NCBI RefSeq assembly: GCF_902713615.1
Contig: NC_052146.1
Location: forward strand, 310,078,335 to 310,142,334
DNA from: Scyliorhinus canicula
Taxonomy: Eukaryota
DNA length: 64,000 nucleotides
Direction: 5' to 3'
Shown: piece after piece, positions 26,579-37,861 of the stretch
Layout of the letters: each line of letters starts with the position of its first letter
Numbering within the stretch: the first letter of the stretch is position 1
The notes under the pieces: model-generated
Database searches by the model: none
Seen by the model: only the letters and a program-made list of their open reading frames with translations
What the model was told of the DNA's origin: nothing
Made by a program: the position numbers and the translations under genes

Positions 26579-27162
26579 CTCCTTAATTGTTGTCGTCGCT
26601 CGCGCCCTTTTACGAAGCGGAGCGGCGTCATTCGGGCGTCATTCGGGCGTCGCGGCCTTCCGACGTCACCTCCCCCCCCCCCCCCCCCCCCCCCGTGTTT
26701 TCCGTGGCCCCGCTCCTAGCCCATTTCCGGGGCCAGAATCGATTGTGAACGGGGCCGTTTCTCGCCGTCGTGGAACTCGGCCGAGTTCACGACGGCTTTC
26801 TCGATGCCGCATGGCATCGGAGAATCGCGCCCGTGATCCGGATGGCTGATTAGAGAGAAGAATTTTAGCCTTTGGAGACCCTTGAAGCATTCATGAACAT
26901 TACTTGTAAAAAGGCCTTTAGTTGAAATGACATTTAATTTGTAAATCTGGAGTCACTATTGTTTTGAAGTTTTTTGTTTTCACTCTTCAGTGTCTCAAGG
27001 ACATTTCAATGTAAACACAGAAAGGGTTTTTGATTTAATTTTGTGCAAATGTACCAAGTGAATTCTTAAAGAAATCAAGAATGCTTTAAACACCTATTCG
27101 ACCTGACTGAGTGCCTTATCTATGAGAGAGAGATGAGGGGACTCTTTACTTCACAAAATGTA

Positions 27163-27833
27163 GGCTGGGATTTACGCCCCATTTGCCGTGGGCGGAAATG
27201 GCGACGGGGCAACAAAATCTCATCAGAGACAAAAAACGGAATTTGCGCCGATGAGCAATTGTCGCTGCTGCCTGGCTGTGGCGGGAACCCCATTTAAATA
27301 GAGTTAAATATCATTAGTCCGCTTCCCCACTGTGTTGTCCACCTCCACATTCGGATTTCCCACCTTGACAACAACCCGACACATTGGAGAGGTTTACAAC
27401 CAGTCTGCTCCAATTTCAATCTGGCGACGAGAACCCACCCGGTGGGCACAGTTCGGTCCAGCTCCCAGGGGGGGAGGGACATTCCTCGGCTGTGCCTGGG
27501 GTGGGGTCTTCCATTGGAGATTTCCATGGATTTGGGCAGGGTTCCCTGTGTCACATGAGAGGGGTTCTTTGTCCATGGGGGGAAATCCTTTATTAATTTT
27601 GAGATCTGCAATGACACGGCACCTTTTGAAAATGGCTCCCTGGTTTCTGGAAGGCCGACGTTGCCAGTGTGATCCTGCCCCACCAGCGTGACGGCCTGGG
27701 ATCTGCCTCCAGCAGGTTTTCCAACTAAGTTTTGAAAAATATGGCCGGAAAAGCCGTCAATGGATCTGCCGGGTTACTCACCACTTTTCCAGCCCAAAAT
27801 GACACCTGGTCAAAAAATCAGAAAATTCTGCCC
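27163..27833. mobile_element. Probable non-autonomous Harbinger-type MITE
   Basis: Imperfect termini GGCTGGGATTTAC ... GAAAATTCTGCCC; GC-rich non-coding interior. Confidence 0.45.
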
Positions 27834-27899
27834 ATAATATCCAAGTTTAAATTCAGGGACCGGGATTCATTGAGGTCAGGACGGAAGGGGACAAATACT

Positions 27900-29580
27900 C
27901 GACAAGACCAGTGACTCCCAGAACCACCTTGAATACAGCTCCTCCACCCCGCTCCCTGTCAGGATTCTATCCCATTCTCCCAGTTTCTTCACCTCCGCTC
28001 CATCTGTTCTGATGATGCCACCTTCAAAAACAGCCCTTTGGACATCTCTGCCTTTTTCCTCAATGAGGTTTCCCCTGTGTTCGACACGGCTCTCAACTGT
28101 GTCTGACCCATTCCCCACACCCCTGCCTTCACCCCTTCCCCTCCCTCCCTCCCTCCCTCCCAGAACAATGATAGGGTCTCGCTTGTCCTCACTTTACACC
28201 AACCAGCCTCAACATTGAGAGGATCACCCTCCGCCATTTCCACCAGCTCCAGCAGGATGGCAGCACGAGACACATCTTCCCAACACCCCCTATCAGCATT
28301 CCGCAGGGACCACTCCCTCTGTGACGCCCTGCTCCCTTCCTCCAGCCATCAGCATTCCGCAGGGACCACTCCCTCTGTGACACCCTGCTCCCTTCCTCCA
28401 GCACCCCAATCAGCATTCCGCAGGGACCACTCCCCCGTGACACCCTGCTCCCTTCCTCCAGCCATCAGCATCCCGCAGGGACTACTCCCTCTGTGATATC
28501 CTGCTCCCTTCCTCCAGCCATCAGCATCCCGCAGGGACCACTCCCTCTGTGACACCCTGCTCCCTTCCTCCAGCCATCAGCATCCCGCAGGGACCACTCC
28601 CTCTGTGACATCCTGCTCCCTTCCCCCAGCCATCAGCATCCCGCAGGGACCACTCCCTCTGTGACATCCTGCTCCCTTCCCCCAGCCATCAGCATTCCGC
28701 AGGGACCACTCCCTCTGTAACACCCTGCTCCCTTCCTCCAGCCATCAGCGTCCCGCAGGGACCACTCCCTCTGTGACATCCTTCTCCCTCCCTCCAGCGC
28801 CCCCATCAGCATTCCGCAGGGACCACTCCCTCTGTGACATCCTGCTCCCTTCCCCCAGCCATTAGCATTCCGCAGGGACCACTCCCTCTGTGACACCCTG
28901 CTCCCTTCCTCCAGCCATCAGCATTCTGCAGGGACCACTCCCTCTGTGACACCCTGCTCCCTCCCTCCAGCACCCCCATCAGCATTCCGCAGGGACCACT
29001 CCCTCTGTGACACCCTGCTCCCTTCCTCCAGCCATCAGCATTCCGCAGGGACCACTCCCTCTGTGACACCCTGCTCCCTTCCTCCAGCCATCAGCATTCC
29101 GCAGGGACCACTCCCTCTGTGACATCCTGCTCCCTTCCTCCAGCACCCCCAAATCCTCATCCCCTTCCCACACCACCTTTCCTTGTAATCACAGAAGGTG
29201 TACCACCCGCCCCGTATCTCCTCCCTGTCCAAGGCCTCAAACACTCCTCTCAGGCCCAGCAGTCTTTCACTTCACCCCCTTCAATTTGGTTTGTTGTATT
29301 TGCTGCTCCCAATGTGGTCTCCTCTACACTGGACAGACTAAATGCAGACTGGGTGACCGCTTTGCGGAACACCTTCACTCAGTCGGCAAGAATGACCCAA
29401 CCTTCCTGTCTCTGTCCTTTCAGCTCAGCATCTTGCTCTCATGTCCACATGTCCGCCATTGGCCTGTTGCAATGTTCCAGTGAAGCCCAACACAAACTGG
29501 TGAAACAGAACCTCACCTTCCGATTGGGCAGGTTACAGCTTTCTGGGCTTAACATTGAGTTCAACAACTTTGTCTCTCCC
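27900..29580 (+). mobile_element. Penelope-like element remnant (RT C-terminus and GIY-YIG endonuclease)
   Basis: SIPFSQFLxLRxICSDDATF-like segment at ~27965-28025; CSQCGLLYTGQTKCRLGDRFAEH and GLLQC..LTFRLG.LQ.SGLNIEFNNF at 29286-29575. Confidence 0.85.
28280..29140. repeat. ~56-bp minisatellite inside the Penelope-like remnant
   Basis: Unit CATCAGCATTCCGCAGGGACCACTCCCTCTGTGACACCCTGCTCCCTTCCTCCAGC, about 15 copies with variants. Confidence 0.95.
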
Positions 29581-30049
29581 AATGTAAACGCCCCCCCCCC
29601 CCCCCCCCCCCCCCCCCCATCCCCCACTGGACCAGCTGTCATTTGCTCTTCAGTTTTGTTTTCACTGAGCACTGATCTTAGTCCAGCTATTAACACATTC
29701 TGCAACTTATCGTTATTCCACTATCAACTCCTTTTAGTCCTGGATGCTGAAATTAACAGTCTCGTTCAGTCCCGTCCCTTTAGTCTGAGGCTGTCTCCTT
29801 GTGTTCTTGTTTCTCCTACTAGTGGAAACATCCGCTATATAAATGCCAGTTGTTGTTGTCGCTACCAAGGGGAGGACAATTTGGTTTCAGTGATTTTCAA
29901 TAAATGCTTCAACCATTTACGTTTTGCAGCAAATGTGTCCCTGGCTGTGTGAACTCTTCATATTAAACCAACTTAATGTGGGAAACTTGCACTCAGTGAA
30001 TCATAAACGTCACTGATCAAAATCCACCCAGAAGGGAAGCAGCCATTGG

Positions 30050-30075
30050 CTCATTGTCACTGCTTCCTCTTTATC
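30050..30075. promoter_or_regulatory. Candidate PU.1/Ets and GATA site ~130 bp upstream of leader B
   Basis: CACTGCTTCCTCTTTATCT = reverse AGATAAAGAGGAAGCAGTG, matching a purine-rich PU box (AAAGAGGAAG) overlapping AGATAA; motif match only. Confidence 0.35.
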
Positions 30076-30199
30076 TTCATTATCTCCTGTGAAAAAGGAG
30101 ATTAGAGAAGCTTCTGTCGGCTGGGACACTTTGTGTTTCAATGTATTTACTGGACATGCAATAAACGGTGTGGATAAAGAGGATTGTTATTCTGTTGAA

Positions 30200-30251
30200 A
30201 TGATCAGTAAAACACTTTTTGTTGTGACTCTGTCACTCTGTGTTTCTGGGG
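30200..30251 (+). CDS. Signal-peptide (leader) exon, copy B: MISKTLFVVTLSLCVSG
   Basis: ATG at 30200, 17 codons plus G, donor GTAAGT at 30252; phase 1, compatible with 33101, 47881 and 54248. Confidence 0.72.
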
Positions 30252-30427
30252 GTAAGTACAAGTTTTAGTTTGGTTTGAAGAAGTTTAACTTGTTATAAAA
30301 GAACTCTCCCTGGTTTGTGCTGTGGTGTCTCTGCACCTGTAACTTGTGTTAATTCTCGAGTTCGAACATTCAAATTCGACATGAGAGTTACAGCAGAATT
30401 TATCACCCTATTGATACTGTTTTGATC

Positions 30428-30715
30428 ATAGAATTTACAGTACAGAAGGAGGCCGTTCGGCCCATCGAGTCTGCACCAGCTCCTGGAAAGAGCACCCTAC
30501 CCAAGGTTAACACCTCCAACCTATCCCCATAACCCAGTAACCCCACCCAACACTGAGGGCAATTTTGGACACTAAGGGCAATTTATCATGTCCAATCTAC
30601 CTAACTTGCACATCTTTGGACTGTGGGAGGAAACCGGAGCACCCGGAGGAAACCCACGCATACACGGGGAGGATGTGCAGACTCCGCACAGACAGGGACC
30701 CAAGCCGGACACAGA
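30428..30715 (-). mobile_element. tRNA-derived SINE / CR1-tail hybrid
   Basis: V-SINE core reversed plus CR1-like 3' end; absent from paralogous copy A. Confidence 0.85.
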
Positions 30716-31452
30716 GTTACACAGACTGGGAACACGGGTCAGAAACCTCGGTTTTCCCATTCTTCTCTGTTATTCATTTGATGTAACAATGGGTTTGAGT
30801 GACAGTCTGGACATTAAGTTGGTATATTTAGAATGGATTGAATTAATCTGCATATTAAATGCGTGTAATTGGGTAGGATTTGAATAGCTACCTGCAGACT
30901 TTTTAAAAGCTGTGTTTATAACGTTGTGATTCAGAGCAGAGTTCTCCTAGTTGGAACAAGCAGACACACAAAACAATTTTCCTTCATCAATAGCATTTAA
31001 TTTGTCAAAACCTCTGCAGGCAATGAATCAGTTTGAAGTTCTGGCTCTGTTGTGACACCAAACCCTGTAGCTATTCAATTTCAGTAACTTTCCCCAGAGA
31101 TTAAGGTGTTAGAGGTGCTGTGTGAGGGTTTTAACTGACGGACAAATGATGGTCAGGAGATGGAGAACGTGTACTGTTTATTTTAAAATTGTTGTTTGGG
31201 ATGTTTAATATTGGATTGAATCACCTAATCGGTCAGCTCAATGTCGCGGTCTCAATGTCACATCTGAATGATGACACAATGCTTTTCTCTCTCTCATTTC
31301 CCAGAATGGCAGCTTTAATTGAGAGCTCAACTTCCTGAAAAGGCAGCTAAACCCACCGCTTTCTGACTGAGGGATACAAGTGCCCCAAACTGAGCCAGGC
31401 TGACACATTAGCTTCACTGCTGCTGTAGAATGTCAGCCTGTACTCTCACCAT

Positions 31453-32913
31453 GGGCGGGATTCTCCGCAGCCGGACGCTGATATCATGTTTGGCGATCGG
31501 GCGGAGAATGAGCTCTGACACTGAAATCGGGGCCGCGCCGGTTTGAGGCTGGTCAGCCATGCCCCGCCCCTCCGAACTGGCATCACCGTGACTCGCACTG
31601 CGCTCAGTCGCAATGCCATCGACTGGCCCCCACACGATGCTCCCTGCCTGATGGGAAGATTCCCGACACCGCGGGACACGTCTGGTCCCTCAAATAGTGA
31701 ACCTGGCGTGCCGGCTGCGGACTGTGTCCATCACCGACAAACCCGGCCGGGATACATGCCGCTGGACGGGGGGCTTCAGCCAGGGCTGGGGGGACTGGTG
31801 GGGGGTGGGCAGGGGGTGGCCAGGCTGTGGCCAAGGGGTGGGCAGGGGGTGGGCTGTGGGGTGGGCAGGGAGGGGCCAGGGGGTGGCCAGGGGGTGGCCA
31901 GGGGGCGGGCTGTGGGGTGGCCAGGGGGTGGCCAGGGGGTGGGCTGTGGCCAGGGGGTGGCCAGGGGGTGGGCTGTGGCCAGGGGGTGGCCAGAGGGTGG
32001 GCTGTGGCCAGGGGGTGGGCTGTGGCAAGGCTGTGGCCAGGGGGTGGGCTGTGGCCAGGGGGTGGGCAGGGGGTGGGTAGGGGGTGGGCAGGGGGTGGCC
32101 AGGGGGTGGCCAGGGGGTGGGCTGTGGCCAGGGGGTGGCCAGGGGGTGGGCTGTGGCCAGGGGGTGGGCTGTGGCCAGGGGGTGGGCTGTGGCTAGGGGG
32201 TGGCCAGGGGGTGGGCTGTGGCCAGGGGGTGGGCTGTGGCTAGGGGGTGGCCAGGGGGTGGGCTGTGGCCAGGGGGTGGGCTGTGGCTAGGGGGTGGCCA
32301 GGGGGTGGCCAGGGGGTGGGCTGTGGCCAGGGGGTTGTCTGTGGCCAGGGGGTGGGCTGTGGGGTGGCCAGGGGGGGTGCGCTGTGGCCGGGGGGTGGGC
32401 TGTGGCCAGGGGGTGGCCAGGCTGTGGCCAGGGGGTGGGCTGTGGCCAGGGGGTGGGCTGTGGCCAGGGGGTGGCCAGGGGGTGGGCTGTGGCCAGGGGG
32501 TGGCCAGGCTGTGGCCAGGCTGTGGCCAGGCTGTGGCCAGGGGGTGGCCAGGGGGTGGGCTGTGGCCAGGGGGTGGGCTGTGGGGTGGCCAGGGGGTGGG
32601 CTGTGGCCAGGCTGTGGCCAGGGGGTGGGCTGTGGCCAGGGGGTGGGCTGTGGGGTCGCGGATGGCCGGTTGGGACCGCGCACCGTCGGCTCCATGTTGT
32701 ACGGAGCGACCGCTGCAGGCCGTCTGCCGTGTTAATGATTGGCCGAGGACCCGGCCATTCTCCGTCCGCTATCGGCATGGGAGGCGGCACCAATACTCAG
32801 CCCTCACCGGTACCGGAATTGGTGAGGGGTCCCAGCCGATTTCTTTGACGTGAACCTCCCGCACATTTTCCATTTGAGCCGCTATTTAGCCACAGGAACG
32901 GAGAATCCAGCCT
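31453..32913. mobile_element. Non-autonomous Harbinger element with internal G-rich low-complexity array
   Basis: TIRs GGGCGGGATTCTCCG (31453-31467) and CGGAGAATCCAGCC (32899-32912); flanks CAT/CAG; array of GGCCAGGGGGTGGGCTGT at ~31790-32650. Confidence 0.85.
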
Positions 32914-32916
32914 CAG

Positions 32917-33080
32917 GGGCTGTTTAGCACAGGGCTAAATCGCTGGCTTTGAAAGCAGGCCAGCAACTCGGTTCAATTCCCGTACCAGCCTCCCCGAACA
33001 GGCACCGGAATGTGGTGACTAGGGGCTTTTCACAGTAACTTCATTTGAAGCCTACTTATGACAATAAGCGATTTTCATTT
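32917..33080 (+). mobile_element. SINE (GGGGCTGTTTAGCAC family) with TTTCA tail
   Basis: B-box GGTTCAATTCCC; the same family recurs reversed at 36935-37097, 49647-49830 and 50640-50822. Confidence 0.85.
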
Positions 33081-33100
33081 CATACCTGTTTCACAGACAG

Positions 33101-33294
33101 AATATAGTGAGGGACATCCTCATCATCTCCCAATCTGCCGCTCAAAGGGAAAGGCTCTCTGCCGGGAATGTGATTGTTTAATCTCCCAGAGTTCAGTCCT
33201 GCCTTCTCACAACAAGAAGTGCAAACCGGGCCAGAAAGGGGAAACACCATTTTCTGCATCAAAGTGGAACCTCACTGTCCTTGTGATATTGTGA
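33101..33294 (+). CDS. Putative exon 2 of duplicated small-protein gene, copy B
   Basis: Acceptor TCACAGACAG|AA; phase 1; reads EYSEGHPHHLPICRSKGKALCRECDCLISQSSVLPSHNKKCKPGQKGETPFSASKWNLTVLVIL*. Confidence 0.3.
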
Positions 33295-33442
33295 TGATCC
33301 AAGGGTGATTGCAGAGTGTGGACCCTCCACAGTGTCCTGTAGAGATGGGGGTGGGAAAAATATATCTTCATTCTTATTGGGAGTTCTTTTCTGCCTGATT
33401 TAACAAGGCCAATTTTGTACGAGAAAAGCACACGAGGGATTT

Positions 33443-33718
33443 AACATAGAACATAGAACACACAGTGCAGAAGGGGGCCATTCTGACATTGGATTCTGAT
33501 TCCTAACCTTTTTTGAACATTAAGGGCAATTTAGAATGGCCAATCCACCTAACCTACACGTCTTTGGACTGTGAAAGGAAACCGGAGCACCCGGAGGAAA
33601 CCCACGCAGACACAGGGAGAACGTGCAGACTCCGTACAGTGACCTAGCAGGGAATCAACCCTGGGACTCTGGCACTGTGAAGCCACTGTGCAAGCCACTT
33701 GTGCTATCGTGCTGCCCT
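33443..33718 (-). mobile_element. SINE with (AGAACAT) tail
   Basis: Reverse V-SINE core; marks the end of homology with copy A. Confidence 0.85.
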
Positions 33719-35229
33719 GTCTTAGTGATGGGGCAGATATATGGTCAGAGGATCACCTGCAAGAGAAAGATGATGAATCTGAAACAAGAACAGAGAATTC
33801 TGGAAATATTCAGCAGGTCTGGCAGCATCTATTCGGAGAGAAAGCCCAGTTAACATTGAGTCCTTTTATCATTATTCCCATTTATCTGTTCGACACGTTC
33901 CGAAGGAAAGGCAAGGGAATATCGAATGAATGGTGTCTGATAAACTTGAATCTGTTCCTCAGAGAAATAATGGACAGGCTGAATGAGGATTTGAATTGCT
34001 TTGTGAGTTGTCATGACCAGCAGGTGGAGTTCCCCAAAAGTTATTGATCGAGGGGAGACCCCTCGATTCATCACCATCCGGCTGTGATCCCCACTCATTG
34101 TCACAAACCCGGGTGAGGGGGGATGGCTGGTTCCACATCTTTATCCAACCCACCCTCTGCTGGGAACAACAAAGGTTTAATCTGACAAGGTTCCCTTCCC
34201 ATCAGCACCTTTTCCAGACCCAATAGATCTGTTTAAAAAGGAGCCAATTCAACCAGCGTTTCTTCAGTTAAGATTGATAAAGTTCATTAACCAGAAAAAA
34301 ACTCTGGTGTTCTAAAATGTTAGAACACATGTATCTACATTCATATGGATTAGAAACAGATATAAATACAAAGTTATCGGGAGGTCCTTTAGTTATGAGT
34401 TGTCGATGATGTTGTGTTGCAGCCGTGACTAATAGATTTCTGTCAGGTTGTCTTCTACTGATGAAGAGTTGATTCTTCGGTTCAGCTGTCCTGTAGCTCA
34501 ATAGAGAGGTTTCAGTTCTTTTTCCAGATGCAACCATTTTTCAACCCTGCCCTGGTCACTGTATAACCTCCAGGGATTGTGGTAAGCTTCCAGCTTCTGT
34601 TCCTCAGCGTCGCACACAGACCGACCGACAATCAGACTGAGAGAGAGAGAGAAAATTACAGAATGGCCAACACTCAAGCTTTTAACTGCCTGATGTGTAC
34701 TTCAAGGAACTGCTATGTACTTGTCTGTCTCGGCTACTATAGGCAGGGACCCTGAGATGAGAGAGTCATTATGTCCCTTTGTCTTCTAGAGATGGTAATT
34801 AGTCTGAGAAAGTTTTTTACAAGTACCTTGAGTTGTGTGGGGGCCCAGAAAGACATCCCATTGTTCTGTAGAGACCTCGTGCAGCCATTCTGATCATGGA
34901 TAATGGGGTCTTCATCAGTCTCTTCCATGTCTCGTGTCCAGAGCTTTTAATGCTTTTTTGCGAATCCACCACTGCCAATTTCCCCCTCATACCTCCATAG
35001 TTTCCATTGTTAACATTTAAGACCCTAGTTTCAAATTAAACAACATCACTTTCAAAGTTTATGTAAAATTATGGTCACTCTTCCCTAAACATTTTTGTAC
35101 AACAAAATGATTGATTTGTCCTTTCACCAGTGTTTTTTCCTTTCATGCCACATGATCATCGTTGTCAGACCAATATTAATTGTCCATCTCTCTGCCATTG
35201 GGAAGGTGGTGGTCAGCTATATAACTATA

Positions 35230-35690
35230 GAAATACTATGGAGAGTCAGGGGACAGGAATCCTGTGGTTAGTAACTCACCTCCTGACTCCCCAAAGTCTC
35301 TCCACCATCTACAAGGCACAAGTCAGGAGAGTGATGGAATACTCTCCACTTGCCTGGGTGAGTGCAGCTCAAGAGGTTTGACACCATGAAGGTCAAAGAG
35401 GTCCCACTTGGTGGGCACCCACTCCATCCACCACCTTCAATATTCACTCCCTCCACCACCGACACACACTGGCAGCCATGTGCACCATCGACAAGATGCA
35501 CTGCAGCAACTCACCAAGACTCCTTAAACAGCATCTTCCAAACACACAGGCTCTACCAGCTAACCCCTTCCTAACTGCACTGTGGGTGTCCCTACCTCAG
35601 ACAGACTGCAGCGGTTCAAGAAAGCAGCTGACCACCACCTTCTGAGGAACAATGTGAAACGGGAAATAAATATTGGTTCAGACAATGATG
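35230..35690 (+). mobile_element. LINE 3' fragment (L2/Crack-like); related pieces at ~47490-47590, 54750-54880, 62500-62590
   Basis: IYKAQVRRVMEYSPLAW motif and a shared 3' UTR CAGCGGTTCAAGAAxGCAGCT. Confidence 0.7.
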
Positions 35691-36086
35691 ATCAAATTAT
35701 TTTTATTCTATTGTTTTTTTATACTTCTCACATTTTGTTTTCTTGCTCTGTGTGAAGCTTCTTCCTTTAGCTTTACAGAAACAATTGCTTAACTTTGTAA
35801 GTGTGCATTTTTGTTATCACTGTTATCTATTGCATTATATTGTACTGGATATTTATTTCAACACTTCCCCCTGTTTTTCTGTAGGTTTATGAGTCAATAG
35901 CTTGTTTCAACTTCCCAGTTTAACACATTCTCCTCGTTCCACTTTTCATTAAAGGCAGCCTTACCTAATTTTAAAGCTTTGTTTGTGTGTGAAATTTGTC
36001 TCAAACTTAATATCAAAATTTACCATGTTATGGTCAGTGTTTACTCAATGTCCCTCACAGTCAGATGGTTAATTAGACCTGTCTCA

Positions 36087-37097
36087 GGGCAGCACGGTGG
36101 ACTAGTTGTTAATACAGCTGCCTCACGGCGCTGAGGTCCCAGGTTCGATCCCGGCTCTGGGTCACTGTCCGTGTGGAGTTTGCACATTCTCCCCGTGTCT
36201 GTGTGGGTTTTCGCCCCACAACCCAAAAATGTGCAGAGTAGGTGGATTGGCCACACTAAATTGCCCCATAATTGGAAAAAATAATTGGGTAATCTAAATT
36301 TATTTTTAAAAAATTAGACCTGTCTCATTATTCATTACTAAATCCACAGGAAACCCACCCAGGCTGACAGCCAATCTGGGTGCTGGGAACACAAACAAGT
36401 ATCAAGGGGGGAAGCTGGAGATTCTGGGAATGGACCCTGACAGTTAGCGACTGTGGATGAAACCCTGGGGCCTCAATTGCAGAGCTCAGATGTCAGTGGC
36501 AATGTGAAGCAGCAGTGCTAACCACTGTGTCAATGTGTGGGACATTGTTTTTCCTGATACACATGAATGATCGAGATCTTGGTGTGCAGGGGACAATTTC
36601 AAAGTTAGCGGATGTCACAAACACACGGCCGGCACGGTAACACAGTGGTTAGCACTGTTACTTCACAGTTCCAGGATTCCAGGTTCGATTCCCGGCTTGG
36701 GTCACTGTCTGTGCGGAGTCTGCACATTCTCCCCGAGTCTGCGTGGGTTTCCTCCGGGTGCTCCGGTTTCCTCCCACTAGTCCCGAAAGATGTGCTGTTA
36801 GGCAATTTGGATATTCTGTATTCTCCCACTGTGTACCTGAACAGGCACCGGAATGTGACAACTAGGGGCTTTACATAGTAACTTTATTGCAGTGTTAATG
36901 TAAGCCTTCTTGTGACAATACTAATAATAATAATAATTGCTTATTGTCACGAGTAGGCTTCAAAGAAGTTACTGTGAAACGTCCCTAGTCACCACATTCT
37001 GGCATCTGTTTGGGGAGGCCGGTCCGGGAATTGAACCCGCACTGCTGGCATTGTTCTGCATTACAAGCCAGCTGTTTAGCCCACTTTGCTAAACCAG
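36087..37097. mobile_element. Cluster of three SINEs (36087-36312 +, 36628-36915 +, 36935-37097 -)
   Basis: A and B boxes and conserved cores visible; followed by an (ATT)n microsatellite at ~37100-37150. Confidence 0.88.
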
Positions 37098-37149
37098 AGT
37101 ATTATTATTATTATTATAAGATTATAAGATTATTATTATAATTATTATT

Positions 37150-37861
37150 AATGGGTGACTGTAATCTTCATGCTGATTGGTTTAATTGCAGGCCTCGTCA
37201 AAAAGATAAAGGAGGCATTTGTCAGGGCTCGAAGGCAGGGAAGAGACAAAGCCTGTGTGGAATATAAGGAAAGTAGGAAGAAACTCAAGCAAGGAATCAC
37301 AAGGGCTAAAAGGGGTCACAAAAAGCCATCGGCAAATGGGGTTAAGGAAAATCCCCAGGCTTTCTACACGTACATAAAAAGCAAGAGGGTAGCCAGGGAG
37401 AGGGTTGGCCCACTGAAGGAGAGGGGAGGGAATCTATGTGTGGAACCAGAGGAAATGGGCGAGGTACTAAATTAATACTTTGCATCAGTATTCACCAAAG
37501 AAAAGGAATTGGTGGATGTTGAGATCGGAGAAGGATGTGTAGATAGCCTGGGTCACAATGAGATCTTGAAACATATTAAGGTGGATAAGTCCCCAGGGCC
37601 TGATGGGATCTACTCCAGAATACTGAAGGAGGCAAGAGAGGAAATTGCTGAGGCCTTGACAGAAATCTTTGGATCCTCACTGTTTTCAGGTGATGTCCCG
37701 GAGGACTGGAGGATAGCCAATGTTATTCCTTTGTTTCGGGAGTGTAGTGAGGGTAATCCAGGGAACTACAGGCCGGTGAGCCTTACGTCAGTGGTAAGGA
37801 ACTTACTGGAGAGAATTCTTCGACACAGGATCAACTCCCATTTGGAAGCAAGTGGACGTAT
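37150..37861 (+). mobile_element. Older CR1 ORF2 fragment (left part)
   Basis: KENPQAFYTYIKSKR, DKSPGPDGIY, NYRPVSLTSVV; continues at ~40035. Confidence 0.9.

Larger units (their letters stand above)
21511..26831. mobile_element. Near-complete PIF/Harbinger DNA transposon (~5.3 kb)
   Basis: TIRs GGTGTGATTCTCCGATG (21511-21527) and CATCGGAGAATCGCGCC (26815-26831), 15/17 match; transposase on + and Myb/SANT protein on -, tail to tail. TSD not clean. Confidence 0.93.

Noticed and set aside
28280-29140. CRISPR-like regular repeats
   Set aside because: Contiguous tandem units with no unique spacers, no cas genes, eukaryotic context; the same applies to the other arrays.
33292-33402. TGA followed by a GPI-signal-like frame (YCDDPRVIAECG...FLLGVLFCLI*), considered as a selenoprotein or read-through
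   Set aside because: That frame has an upstream TAA and no start or splice entry; no SECIS recognised.
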